This document shows positions 37,681 through 50,635 of a stretch of DNA of 64,000 bases, in pieces (position 1 is the stretch's first letter; every line of letters starts with the position of its first letter). Origin of the DNA: Camelus dromedarius (taxonomy: Eukaryota); contig NC_087436.1 in NCBI RefSeq assembly GCF_036321535.1, forward strand, positions 7,750,001 to 7,814,000, given 5' to 3'. The position numbers and the translations under genes are program-made. The notes beneath the pieces were generated by a model. That model did not search any database, had not been told where the DNA came from, and saw only the letters and a list, made by a program, of their open reading frames with translations.

Positions 37681-39589
37681 TAGATTTTTTTTGATAAATA
37701 TTAGACATTAAAAATTGAATAAACTTTTAAAATAATCATTCTTTGGCACTGGAAATGCTGAAATGTGATTTACCATCAAATTTTACACTTGCTGTGTGTA
37801 AGCTTCAGGTAATCCTTTATAATATTTAGAAAAAATTGATTATTGCATTAATAATTAAAACGATGGCATCTCACACCAGGTATCTCATGATATAGCAATT
37901 GTGCTATTATACTGTAGAAAAGATAGATATAGACAAGATTGAATAAACAAAGATTCCTCTCTTTATTCAAGCTGGGAAACTGACAGAAAGAGAGGCATAC
38001 AGCTCCTCGGGAGCCTGGAAGTCAGGAAGATTTACTGCTAGTGAATTATGCAATGACGCTATTTTTTTGTGCATCACTGCCATCACAGAAAAACACAGAT
38101 CTTCTTTTAGTTCTCATGTTTGGTTCCTTGGTTCACTTAGATTATCTCTATTACATGATTACTTTGGTGAAACTACTCATTAAAAAATCTATGAAAAGCA
38201 GACTCATAATCATAACTACATCTCAGGAAGATAATGCTTTTTCTAAACATATACTATTTCTCTACTGTGGATGATATACTATAGAACACAAGCTTGAGAT
38301 AAGGATTTTTTTTTTAATTATAATGAAAGAAAAGTACAAAAGTCTCTCATTAAATTATCATGCATATATTTTCATCATTGACTTCTACCATATGCATATT
38401 GACTCCACAATGATTCCTCTTTGTCAATATCTACTTAAGTTAACATGAGTGGTCTTAGAAATGGTCAAACGAATATAAACCTACAGGAACATAAATCTCT
38501 GAATGAATGATGGCTAGAATCAGGACCATGTCTTTCCTATCTGCCAGGCAGGACCATCATGAAAATGTAGCTTTGTTATCAGGTAAATATTACCCGTTAT
38601 GCAGTTACTTAACCCCCCCACTCAAAACCTTCATTTCTCTTTTGCTTTTCTATTTTGGCAGTAGCTCAAGTAAAAAAAAAATAAAAAGTGTCTCTTTATT
38701 CAATTTTCTTTTCCATCAATTCTGTCAAACTGAGAAGACAAGAAAAAAAAAAAAGGTGCAGCATATTTTGATAGCTCTCCTTAGAATGGACATGACACCT
38801 GTCTAATTATAAGAGAGTGAAATGTAACAGTCCTTAAACAGACAGCCAGCCTGTCTGCCCTTGACAACTTCTCCTGTCCTTTCTGTCGTGCTGAGAATGA
38901 AGGAAAACTTCATGAATATGACCCCACTGACTTAGAATTTGTAAGATTAAGACATAAGAAGCACAGTTGTTTTAAAATGTTGCATGACAAAGTATATAGG
39001 GTATTATGTGGAGATAAGTAAAATGCAGTTGGTAATTAACACTTAAAACTAAGAGAAAGTGGTATTTTCATGTATCACTAGTAATTATTTTTTTCTTAAT
39101 AGACACTTACTGTTATTTTTAGATTAAAGGAGAGGTATATTTAAACCTGTACCTATTAACCAAATAGCTATTTTTTACTAAAATGTAGAACTAATGTTAA
39201 AAATGTATCCTTTATCCTGTTTTTTTTTGAGTTTTAAAATTTATAATTATATTTTCATGTAATAGTTTAATGAACTATACCTTCAGAGTTATATTATACA
39301 GTTATATAAGTTATAAAGTCAATTTTTTTAGGTTTTAATCTATGTGAAAAGTTTCTTTGCCAATGGTTTTCTTTCATTATTTTTTGAGCTTAATATATTC
39401 CTTAATATTTGTAGCAACATGCTATATGCAAGTAAGCAGAATCAACAGATAGGTGACAAATTGAATAAAAATAAAAATTATACCCATTTTTTCCCCTCTA
39501 ATCTCTGAGTACTAAGAAAAAACACTATTGTCCCCAATGTTATGTTCTCCAATATCAAGCCTATTGACCACCAAAGAAATCCACATTCA

Positions 39590-39776
39590 TGACAAAGAAT
39601 TTCTGTTTTCATATGATCCAGCAATTCTGTTTCTATATGTTTATCTGGAGAAAACAAAAACACTAACTCAAAAAGAGATACCCTTCAGGTTCACTGCAGC
39701 ATTATTTACAAGAGCTAAGATATGGAAACAATCTAAATTCCTATCAATGGTTGAATGGATAAAGAAGATGTGGTAC
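39590..39776 (+). mobile_element. LINE-1 ORF2 3' fragment (appears to resume at about 41170-41340)
   Basis: Peptide YDPAILFLYVYLEKTK..AALFTRAKIWKQSKF..EWIKKMWY. Confidence 0.8.
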
Positions 39777-40558
39777 AGGCTGAGGAGATCAAGATGGCAG
39801 AGTAGGAGGATGCTGTGCTCACCTCCCCCCATGAAGATATCAAAATTACAGCTACATGTAAAGCAATTAACACTGAAAATAAATTGGAGGATTCAGGTAG
39901 GAAGGGAAGAAAAGTGATCGGGTTGGGACCTGAACTTTTCAGAGGGCATACAGAAAAGGGGGTATCACACAGGCTCAGAGATACTTGCTGGGGGTGAGTG
40001 ATTCAAACCACGTACCCCTCAGCAAGTTCAACCCAACCCTTGGGCCAGCACTGGGAAGACAAGCCCCATAGGCTGGCATAAAGACCATTGGGACTGGCAG
40101 GGTGACTGTGAGAAACTTGGACTCCACTTGTGGAGAGTGCCCACATGCTTACCTGCTCCCAGAATGAGGCAGAGGAAGAAGACTGAGAGTCCCTGGGACT
40201 CTGGCTGGTTTCTCCCAACTGCCCCAGGGTGCACCCTGGCCCACGATGAGGGTTCACTCTAACCCCTCTTGCTCCACAGCACAGCTCCCCACTAGGACAA
40301 AGGCTGACACAGCCCAGGGTAATGTGGGAGACAGGACCAGCTCAGAACCGGCACTACATCTGAACAGGATGAGAGCAGCCATGATGGATGCAGGTGGAAG
40401 CTGTAGCTCAGGAGCTGTGTGGAACTTGGGCTGTCGTGCCAGGACTGACACAGCCCGTGCTCCAGCCCACCCTGAGGACCCACTCCAATCCCTCTTGCCC
40501 ATTGCTGCTCCTTTCTGGGGCAAAGAACCAATGCTGGAAGGCAGGAGAGCACACACTT
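39777..40558 (+). mobile_element. LINE-1 5' UTR (internal promoter region)
   Basis: GC-rich; starts gaggagatCAAGATGGCagagtagg (YY1-type motif at the L1 5' end). Homologous to the 5' end at 44276 on the minus strand. Confidence 0.75.
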
Positions 40559-41165
40559 AGAACTAGTGAGTAAATTCAGCAAATTTGCAGAATAAAAGAT
40601 TAACACATAAAAGTCTGTTGTTGCTCTATATCATAATAAGGAACTATCAGAAAAGGAAAGTGAGAAAACAATCCCATTTAAAGAAGAATAAAATACCTGG
40701 AATAAACTTAACAAAGGAACTAAAAAACCTATACTCTGAAAACTATAGAACACTGTTGAAGGAAATTTAAGATCATACAAAGAAATTAAAAGATATCTCA
40801 TATTCATGGATTGGAAGATTGATATTGTCAAAATGTGCATACTACACAAAGAAATCTACAGATTTAATGCAATCCCTCTCAAAATGCCCATGACATTTTT
40901 CACAGAATTAGGACAAATAATCCCCAAATTTGCATGGAATGACAAAAGTCCCCAAGTATCTAAGGCAATTTGAGAAAAAAGAACAGAGCTGCAAGAATCA
41001 TGCATTGTGATTTTAGACTATAATACAAAGCTACAGTAATCAAAACAGTACAAAAATAAAACAGACACATAGATCAATGGAACAGGATAGAAAGTACAGA
41101 AATAAACCTGTGCCCACATAGTCAATTAATCTATGATAAAGGAGGCAAAAAATATGCAGCAAAAA
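40559..41165 (+). mobile_element. LINE-1 internal ORF2 fragment
   Basis: Peptide [26 protein letters not shown]; sequences tacagatttaatgcaatccc and caaagctacagtaatcaaaacag. Confidence 0.88.
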
Positions 41166-41867
41166 ATACTAAGTGGAATAATATTCAGCCATAACAAATT
41201 ATATCTTACCGTTTGCAACAATACCCATACACATTAAGGGTATTATGCTAAGTAAAATAAGACAGAAAAAGATCAGTGCATGTGGAATCTTAAAAACAGA
41301 ATAAAAAACAACAAAATAAAAATAAACCAAGCCAAATACACACTGTGGATAATTGTTTTAAAAAAATTCTTAGGTATCTATGGTAATTTTGAAATCTTCA
41401 GTGAAAAATAAGATGTGAAAAAATGAAGCTTGAGTTCAAATATATATAGATGATGGTATTGTATTCCTTTCTGTGGGACATACGAATTGATCAAATTGTA
41501 TGTACTAGAGGATTAGAACAAGAAAATAAAAATATAATTTAAAAAAAAGAACTACAGGACATTACATGTGGTATATAGAAGAACAGGTAAAATTTTATGT
41601 CACTTTGTTTTCACTGACTTTTCTCTGTATATTTGTGTATTTGTTAGTTTGTGCTGTATCTCAAGCAGTCCCAAAGCGTAGGGCTTAAAAAAGCAATCAT
41701 TTATTTAGCTTCTAGTTCTGTGAGTCAGCACTTAGGGTTGGGCTTGGTTGTTGTTCTTTTTGGTGACTCCAGGCTGGGCTTATGCATCAATAGTTAGTGA
41801 CTGGTGTGGCTGAGGGATGCCTGGTGTTGATAGCCACAGAACGTGACTTTATTTCATGTGATCCCTT

Positions 41868-44276
41868 TTTTATTGAAATATAATTGAATTACAATATCAT
41901 ATTAGTTTCAGGTGTACAACACAGTCACTTGATATTTTTAGAGATGACACTCTGTACAAGGTTATCGTACGATATTGACTGTTTTCCCTGTGCTGTATAT
42001 TACATCCTTGTAGCATCTCTTTTATACCTAGTAGTTTGTACCTCCTAACCCCCTTCACCTCTTTCGCCTCTACCGCTACCTACCCCATTAGTTTGTTCTC
42101 TGTATCTGTGAGTCTGTTTATGTTTTGCTATATTTGTTCATCTGCTTTATTTTTTAGATTCCACGTATAAGTGAAAATATACAGTGTTTATCTTTCTTTG
42201 TCTGACTTATTTTATTAAGTATTATAACCTCCAGGTCCATTCATGTTATCACAAATGGTAACATTTTATTCATTTTATTACTAATATTCCATTATATATA
42301 ATAATTATTTTATTCTTATATATTATATATGATTATTTTTTGTTTTGTTTTAAAGTTAGTATTTTGGCTTTTTTAATTTTTAAAAAATCTTTATTGAAGT
42401 ATAATCAGTTTATAATGTTATGTCAATTTCTGATGCACAGCATAATGTTTCAGTCATACATACACGTATTCATGGGGTTAGAATATTTCATATTGTTTTC
42501 ATTATAAGTTACTGCAAGATACTGAATATAGTTCCCTGTGCTATACAGTATAAACTTGTTTTTTATCTGTTTTATGTATAGTAGTTAGTATCTGCAAATC
42601 TTAAACTCCCAATTTATCCCTTCCCACTCCCTTCCTCCAGTGGTAACCATAAATTTGCTTTCTATGTCTGTGAGTCTGTTTCTGTTTTGTAAATAAGTTC
42701 ATTTGTGTCTTTTTTTTTTTCTTTTATTTTAGTTCCACATGTGAATGATATCATATGGTATTTTTCTTTCTCTTTCTGGCTTACTTCACTTAGAATGACA
42801 ATCTCCAGATCCATCCATGTTGATGCAAATGACATTATTTTATTCCTTTTTATGGCTGAGTAGTATTCCATTCTATAAATATACCACAGCTTCTTTATCC
42901 AGTCATCTGTTGATAGACATTTAGGTTGCTTCCATGTCTTGGCTATTGTAAACAGTGCTACTATGAACATTGGGGAGCATGTATCTTTTCCAATTAGAGT
43001 TCCCTCTGGATATATGAGTATTTTGACTTTTATTGGATTAAATACCCAGGAGTAGATTGCTGGATCCTATGGTAGTTCCTCTGTCTTCTTATTTTGTTTG
43101 GCTTTCTCTTTTTCTCTATAAAAGTAGGCAAAAGAGTTACCTATCTGGTCTTAAAGCATGTCCTTGTGTGTAAGCATCCTTGTGTAGTCCACATGTGTCC
43201 AGCGGCTTTGGTGAGAGAGCTGGATGTGAAATGAGCGTGAGCTGTATCTTCTCCTGGGATGCAGTTGTGGCCATCGCCTTGGTGTGGGGTAGGGCTGGGG
43301 CTGGATGGGTTAGAGCTGGAGCCTGTTGTGAGCCAGGGCTTCTCCCTTGGTACTGTGATAGGTGCTACCTTGATGAGGGTGGGGTCAGAGCTGGGGATGC
43401 TGGAGACAAAGCCCGGTGTCAGGTATGGCTTCTGTCTTGGTTCAGTGGTGTTTACGGTCTTGGTGAGGTGTAGGCCAGGCCTGGAAAAGATGGAGCCTAA
43501 GCCTACTTGAGCTGCTGGCGTGATGGTGGTCACTGCCTTGTTGGAAGGCAGAGCTGGGATCTGGGGGCTGGATCCATGTTTGGAGTGTGCTGTGGCTTCT
43601 CCCTACTGGATGGCAGATGTCACCTTAGACAGAGTCAGGGCCAGGACTCCAGGTTTTCAGCTGGCTCGAGCTCCAGTCCAGGGTAACATTCACTTTCTTC
43701 CTGGTGTGATGACAGCCTCTGCCTTGGTGGGGAGCCAGGCCAGAACATGAGGGGCAGGAGCTGATGCTTCGTGCAGGCAGGGGGATTCTGGCGTGGTCCT
43801 GACCAGCTGGCCTGAGCACATGGTGTTTTCAATTTTCTGCTTCTGCACTGGGACTGGGCGCAAGCAAATCTGTGCATGTTCTTAAGGGCAGAGTCTCAGT
43901 TCCTTACAGCCCTTAGGTAAGCCCCACTGGTTTTCAAGCCAGTGAAGGGGTTTATCTCCCCTATGCCTGATCCCAGGGCTGTGGTACCCAAGGTCGGGCT
44001 CAAACCCCTTGCTCCTCAGGGAGGATACCCCAGCCTGTGATAGCTCTCTGCTCTTTTGTGTCATGTGGGGCGTGGGTCCCAACTAGTTGAGTTCTCCTCC
44101 CCTCCTCCCAGACTCTGTGTGGTTCTTCCTTTATATCTTTGTTTGTAGAACATCTGTTCTTCCAGTTTTCAGGTCATCCTCAGAAAGAGTCACTCCGTAT
44201 GGAGGTGTCGTTTGGATGTGTCCATGGGAGGAGGCAAGCTCAGCACCTGCTCTGCCATCTTGATCCCGCTTCCGCC
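41868..44276 (-). mobile_element. Internally deleted LINE-1: ~1.15 kb 5' UTR plus ORF1 start fused to the ORF2 end and 3' UTR
   Basis: 5' end ggcggaagcgggatCAAGATGGC, junction near 43078, 3' UTR at 41868-42300. TSD ttcatgt(ga/tt)tccctt at 41853-41867 and 44277-44291. Confidence 0.85.
42373..43016 (-). mobile_element. Young LINE-1 3' fragment nested in the deleted L1
   Basis: ORF 42662-42970 is the ORF2 C-terminus. TSD agtattttg(g/a)ctttt at 42358-42372 and 43017-43031. Confidence 0.93.
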
Positions 44277-44987
44277 TTCATGTTTTCCCTTGTTCCCCAG
44301 CAGGTAAGCCTGTGTTTATCCACAAGGCAATGACAAAATTCAAGCATGCCAAGATTCCTGTGACGAAGTTTCTAATTTGTACGAGGTCACTGCTATCACA
44401 TTCTATTGGGGGAAAATATCATAAGAAAGGCCAGAATAAACAGGAAAAAAGTGCACTACATTCTAATGAGAAACGTTACAGCACCTCAAGATTGTGTGGA
44501 TAAAGGGATGGAGAAATCTATCCACATTTTAATAATTTTTCACATTCTATAAGAGAAGTATTAAAGTTAATATGAGAATGAATAAAACATGGTCTTGGCA
44601 TTCCAGAAACTCCATAATATGATCAGGAAATGGGCATCTTGTAGGAACTGGGATGAAGAAAATGTAGTAAGAATGTAAATAAAAGTAAATACTTTCATTG
44701 AAGCCTGGGGTATCTTCAGAGGCAGCTATAAGTCTGCATTAAGGCTTGACTTAAAAGGACTAAGGGACTATTGTAGCAGTGCTGAACTGGTTCAAAATAA
44801 TTTATACCATTTCCTCAGTTATAAAGCCAACTCAGAGAGCGGCCTCAGTCCTGGAAGGAACAGTGTATTGTTACAGGTCCACAGCAACAACAGCAATGGG
44901 AAACCGAAATGCTCTTTGAAAAAGTGACTCAAAGCTGTTTCAAAATTAGACCTGCAAAGATTCTTTTCACTTCACTATGTATTGGGA

Positions 44988-45006
44988 ACACACACACACA
45001 CACACA
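44988..45006. repeat. (CA)n microsatellite
   Basis: acacacacacacacacaca. Confidence 0.85.
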
Positions 45007-45829
45007 AAAATGAAAGGAGAGGAATCAGCTCACTGAATTAAAAAAAAGTTCGGAAAAGATTCAATGAGTTCCTGTTTCAACTGACATCGAAAATGTGGTG
45101 TAGGAAAAAGCTTACACTCAACAGTGAATACTAGACTGTATGTAGCAGAATAAATAAGCAACGGAAGCTGATTATCTTATAATTTTTAAAAAATATTTCC
45201 CATAGTTAAAAATGCAGTTTCACAATAAAGAATTAAATAGCAGTATATAAATTGTTATTTCTGTAGCAAGTACTGGAATTTTTCCTGGAAAAATGTGAAA
45301 AATAATTTTCTTCTTTGGAAAACCAAGTTGCCAATTATAGAATCTTTCCCAGCTTCTAGAATGCAGGTGAGGCATCTTAGTTCAACCCAAACCTACAGTT
45401 TCAAAATTATCTGTGATTGACTGATAATCCGTTATTCCATAACTGTGTCACATGTCTGCTTTCTTGGTTATTTGTGTTTTCTTCAGAAATATAATGAAAT
45501 ATAGCTTCCCCACTAAATAAATTTTAAATATTAGCAAGGCTATGAGAGAGATGTAGTCTCTTTGCTTTGGGGTGTGACAGGGTCCAGCTGAGGGGTTCAT
45601 GCTATTCTTCAGTTCATGTTGTACAATTCCGCAGTCTTCGCATTAAGACGTACTCTCGGAAGTCCTTAAAAGTCTTTCCAAGGGCTAAGTTTGGCCCGCT
45701 TCTTCGGAGAGAGTTAATTTCCACAACTTCAGCTTCCATATATACTCTTTTTCCCGAAACTGCTTTAGAATTTTCCTGAGTTCAAAATATCCTTTCTCCT
45801 ACTATATCAAAATAGAAGTGTAAGTTAAA

Positions 45830-46740
45830 TTTTACTGATTTATGCTGTGGCAAAAAACAACTCCCCAATCTCAGTGTCTTAGAACAAAAAATTATTTGGT
45901 TCTCACATTGTACATTGACTGCTGATTAGCTACAGCTAAGCTCCAGCCTAAAGGTCAGATTTAAAACTTCTTAAAGTGTCTTCTTTAAAAAAAAATTGAA
46001 GTGTAGTTGATTTACGATGCAAGTTTCAGATGTACAGCGAAGTGATTCAGTTATTCATATACATACCTATGTATTTTTTTCTTCTCAGATTCTTTTCCAT
46101 TATAGGTTATTATACGAAATTTAATATGGTTCCCTGTGCTATACAGTAGGTCCTTGTTGTGTATCTATTTTATAGTTTTATACATAACTTGTGTCTGTTA
46201 ATCCCCAACCTGTAATTTATTCCTCCCCTGTAATTTATGCTTTCCCCTTTAGTAACCACAGTTTGTTTTCTATGTCTGTGAGTCTGTTTATGGTTTGAAA
46301 ATAGAATTTGTATCATATTTTTTTAGATTCCACACGGAAGTGATATCATATGATATTTGTCTTTTTCTGACTGACTTCACTTAATATGATAATCTCTAGG
46401 CCCATCCGTGTTGCTCAAATGGCATTTTTAAGTCTTTTTTATGGTTGACTAATATTCCATTGGTCTTGCTATGTTTGTGATCCAGGCTGAAAGAGCAGCA
46501 CCTGTTTGGGACACGGCAGTGGGGAGGAAATAAACCAGCTAGCAGAAGTACACACTGGCTTTCAATGTTTCCGTGTAGTCCTGTCAAATGTCACCTCCCT
46601 TCATGTTTCACTGGCCAAAAAGACTTGTACTCAACCCTTAACATGGGGCAATAGATACCCTTCTTCTACACGAAGACCTGGGATTCACATGCAAACTGGC
46701 AGTAATGGATCATGGGAGATAACAGTAGGGTCAGACACAG
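45830..46740 (-). mobile_element. MaLR (MLT1-type) LTR interrupted by an L1
   Basis: aacaactccccaatctcagtgtcttagaacaa on the left; gatccaggctgaaagagcagc..tcactggccaaaa on the right. Confidence 0.6.
45985..46463 (-). mobile_element. LINE-1 3' end
   Basis: aattgaagtgtagttgatttac..ccctgtgctatacagtagg..tagattccaca..ctaatattccattg. Confidence 0.9.
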
Positions 46741-47749
46741 AAGTCAAATTCCTCACTCATCTCAAATTTCATTGTGGTATAGTGCTCCAAAATATGAAAA
46801 TATCCCAAGACCCCAAAAAATGGGTATTTCAAAGTACATTATTTGCATTAGGTATAATCTTTAATTAAATGATTAAACTACTTTAATTTCATAGTATTTT
46901 TGACTTTCTTTTATTCATATTCACATTACTATTCTTACTGAATATTTATTGACCTATGTTGGAATGTTCTGAATTCGAAATATTAATTTGAACTAAGGTA
47001 TTAAACCTAATTTTTAAAAATTTAAGTAGAATATTTTCCAAATAGAAGACACTTTTACTATATATAATATATATATTTTTTTACTTTTGATAACATTTTA
47101 AATCCATCATAAGACATACAGTAACTGAGTTAATATTATTTCTATTAATCATTTTGTGGCAGAGTTATATCAGTTTTCCTTGAATCCTTATCTTATCAAA
47201 TGTTTAAGATTTGTAACTCATATTAACACAAAACTAAATACATTTAAATAGATGATGAAACTTCAAATGTAAGCTTAATAATGCATAAAACAGAATGTAA
47301 TTGTATTATTTTAAGAAGCTGTGTCATTAATTAAGCTCTTGTCTCTCATTTCAATGTCCTCCATTTTTTAGCCTCTTCTATGATGCTAGGAGTGAGGTAT
47401 CACCAACCTAATGTCTCCCTGGTTAGTTGACTTATTCAGTTCTGCCAAAAAGAAATGCAAGAGAGATGGCAGGACCTGAAGATAGAAAAATGTACTTTTA
47501 TTCTTACTGTTTTGTACCACTTAGTAATAGCTCTTGGTCTCCTCAACAGTAATTGGTTTTAGCATCCAGATTCTAAATATATAGGTACAGTTGCCCTTAC
47601 CATGGATACTGGATTGAATGAGTGATGAGCACCTGGAATTGCCTCCAATTCCTCATTTGCTTAATTGATTTCAACTTGGATTCACAATAATTAGAATACT
47701 GTAAGAAATTCAAAGGCAGAAAGAATTTCTTTGGAAGAAAGAAATGTTG

Positions 47750-48695
47750 GAGTGCATTTATCATGTGTGACCTGCATGCCACCCGCTGTTACGTCCCTAA
47801 TAGAGCCTAGAAGACTCTCCGTTCACCAAGATGTTGATGGCTATGTTAGTGATGGGAACTCCAGAATAGCTGAGGATGTGTTGAAAATGCCCGTGTTGTG
47901 TGTTGTTGGTCTTCTGCAGGCTGGATGTGACTATGGGAAACGCTGCCATTAAGATGGCTTCCCCAATTCAGTGGGGATGCTATGAACTTAGAGCAGCAAG
48001 GATCAAGTGGTAGTGCCTAACTCTTATAGACAAGATGTCATGACTAGCAGAGCATGGAGTAGGGAGACAATCGTGATCAGAATGTTTTGACCTACTGGGA
48101 CTCTTCGCTTGTGATTCATTGAATGTGGTGTCCCTGAGAATAAAACAGATTGGCAGCCTATTAAAATGTCCCTCAATCTCCATGAAAGGAAAAACTCCAG
48201 GTCCAATGTCAGAAGTTTAACATGAGTTATAAAAGGAGACTCACAATGCTCACCCTGTTTCCATTCCTAAGTCACTTCACACACTGGAGCCTTTCTAATA
48301 AAGAGGAAATTGAATCTCTGGAAAGTCTCAGGTTCCCTCACATCATGCAACATTTTTTTTGAACCCCTAGTTAAAATATGGTGTTACTTCTTTCTGACCA
48401 AATGCATGAATCTAAAACAAAGAATCAAAGAGCAACGGGCAACTGTCACTTTTAGCCATCAGTCACTCAAAAATTTTATGGTTCTAGGGTTACAAATTTG
48501 GGATTTGGTGAACTGGAGCTATTAGCTCCCAAGGAAAAAATTTATGGTTCTGTGAAATTGAATATTTAGACTAATATCTCGCTTTATTGGGATCTCATGC
48601 TCTTGTTTCTACAGGCAAATATAAGTGTTATTATGTTGGTTGTGGCAATTATGAGGGAAATTAGGTTTCTACTATGTAAGGGTGGCAGAGAGGCT
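47750..48695 (+). mobile_element. Highly decayed ERV-L internal fragments (gag C-terminal region and a dUTPase-region piece)
   Basis: ggatcaagtggtagtgcctaact, ggtgtccctgagaataaaacagattggcagcctatt and gaaaaactccaggtc resemble the end of ERV-L gag. caggcaaatataagtgttattatgttgg..gggaaattagg resembles the dUTPase region. Confidence 0.6.
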
Positions 48696-49439
48696 TTTTT
48701 TTTTTAAAGACCTTATGAATGGAAATTAAGATACAGCATCCTTTTCAATTCAATGTTTGCCTTGTAGAGAGCCTAGGCATTTTGTAAGAATAAGGTAAAA
48801 TAAACTTAAAGGTTATTTCAATAAGTAGAAAGTAAAAAGCAGAGAAGTTATTTGACTATTAGTTTAAAATTTCTTTAAGTGACTATATAAGAAATAGAAA
48901 ATTCTAACATTTTATTGTAATAAGACATAGATTGGGGACCCTTTCCCCTCCCAAATTTACTTTAAAAATATCTAAACTCCTTTACTATAATTATTTTAAT
49001 GATTTTGCTGATACTTAAAGAAAATTATATGTTCTCTTAATTATGGGATGATTTTTGTAATGAAATAAGTTTATTTTACAATCTTTTCAACCATTTTCCA
49101 GTTTTATGTAAGATACTGGTGTTTCTAAGTAGTTTCCATTATGTAATAAATTACCATAATATTTATATAAATAAATGCTCATCTGCATAATATTGTTGAC
49201 TTCTAGGAGAAAATGTGCCCCTGAAGGAAGAGAACTTAAAATTTTTAGGAAAGATAGAGAATGAAGAAAATTCTGAAGATTGAGGATGGATCATGTTGGG
49301 GCCCAGAAGTTATGGTGCAGTGGAGGGCAGGTATTAAAAAAAAAAAAAAAAAAGAAAGAAAGGACATCTGACTCAGAGAGAGGAAGAGAAAGAGAAAGGA
49401 AACAGATCAAGGTCATACAGAGCAATAACTTAATTTTTA

Positions 49440-50635
49440 TATTAGCAGCAGTGATTCTCTCCCTTTTAAAATTAAATGTGGACACTTAGTAGTGACAAGC
49501 ACATCACCACCAAGATCTGGGGGTTATAATACCATTCTCCAGTGAAAGGAAGCAAGGGCTCCTGGATGATCCTAGGACTCGAGCAGGAGATATTCAAGAG
49601 GAACCTGTAGCTTCCTATAGTATAAGGAAACATACATGCACACACACACAAATACCTATTGATATGAGTATGTCAAAAGGACATAGGAGCCAACGGAAAC
49701 AGCTCTCAATGTCCAAAGATGGAAAAATTTGAGCAAAAAAATTTAAAGCAGTATTGGCTTATAACCCAAAGTATAAATAAATATCCAAGTCCACGCTGAT
49801 ACAAAGAGTCATTCATAGTTTGCAATATATACAAATATAAAATATTGTGATGAACACCTGAAACTAATATAATGTTGTATGTCACTTATATCTCAATTCA
49901 AAAGCATATAACAATAATTGAACAGAGGGGAAAAACAGATATCCCATACAGAATTCCGAATAATTAATGTAGGTGCTCCCTTCTCGAAAAGATGGAACCC
50001 CCCCTTAAGTGTAGGCTACTTTCAGTGAATTCTTCCAAAGAGTAAAGTGTAAACATAAAAAAAAAGTTGCAGTGTAGAAACCTGACAAACACAACCTGGG
50101 CCAGGTCACCAAGGCTAATGTCAACATTGACAAGACATGTTGGTAATACCTACTCTTGGTATGATACTATGAATGTGGCATTTTACCTCTATGAGCTTTT
50201 GCCCAAGAAGGACATCACTTCATCCTAATCATGAGAAAAACATCAGACAAAGCTAAACTGAGGGACGTTCTAGACCATACTGATCAATGCTTCTCAAAAC
50301 AGTCAAGGTCATGGAAAATAAAGAAACTGAGACCCTGTCACAACCAAGAGGAACCTAAGGATCCTTGAACCCTCAATCCAATGTAGGATACTTAAAATGA
50401 TCCTGGAACAGAGAAAGGACATTAGGCAAAACCCACGGAAACAGGGACATATGGCTCTAGGTAATAAGAATGTATCAAAATCGGTTCTTCGGTTGTGACT
50501 AAGGTACCATTTTAAATTAACATGTAAATACTGGGACAATTAGGTCTGGTGCAAATGGGAATTCTTTGTACTATCTTCACAATTTTTCAGTAAATATAAG
50601 ACAATTCAAAAATTTTGGAAATTTTATTTAAAAAG
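49440..50635 (+). mobile_element. Old LINE-1 long 3' UTR (L1MC/L1MD-like), with a short younger L1 tail at about 49805-49900
   Basis: taccattctccagtgaaagga..atgtcaaaaggacataggagccaac..gaaacctgacaaacacaacct..atcctggaacagagaaaggacattagg. Confidence 0.75.

Larger units (their letters stand above)
41645..44525 (-). mobile_element. MaLR (MLT1-type) LTR split in two (41645-41867 and 44277-44525) by an L1 insertion
   Basis: ggcttaaaaaagcaatcatttatttagct..ttctgtgagtcagca on the left; tcacattctattgg..ggccaga on the right. TSD present at the split. Confidence 0.65.

Noticed and set aside
40003..40606. Dense overlapping ORFs in GC-rich patches (also 43141-44082) as a gene or CpG-island promoter
   Set aside because: They lie in L1 5' UTRs. 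Higher GC lowers stop-codon frequency, and CpGs are depleted.
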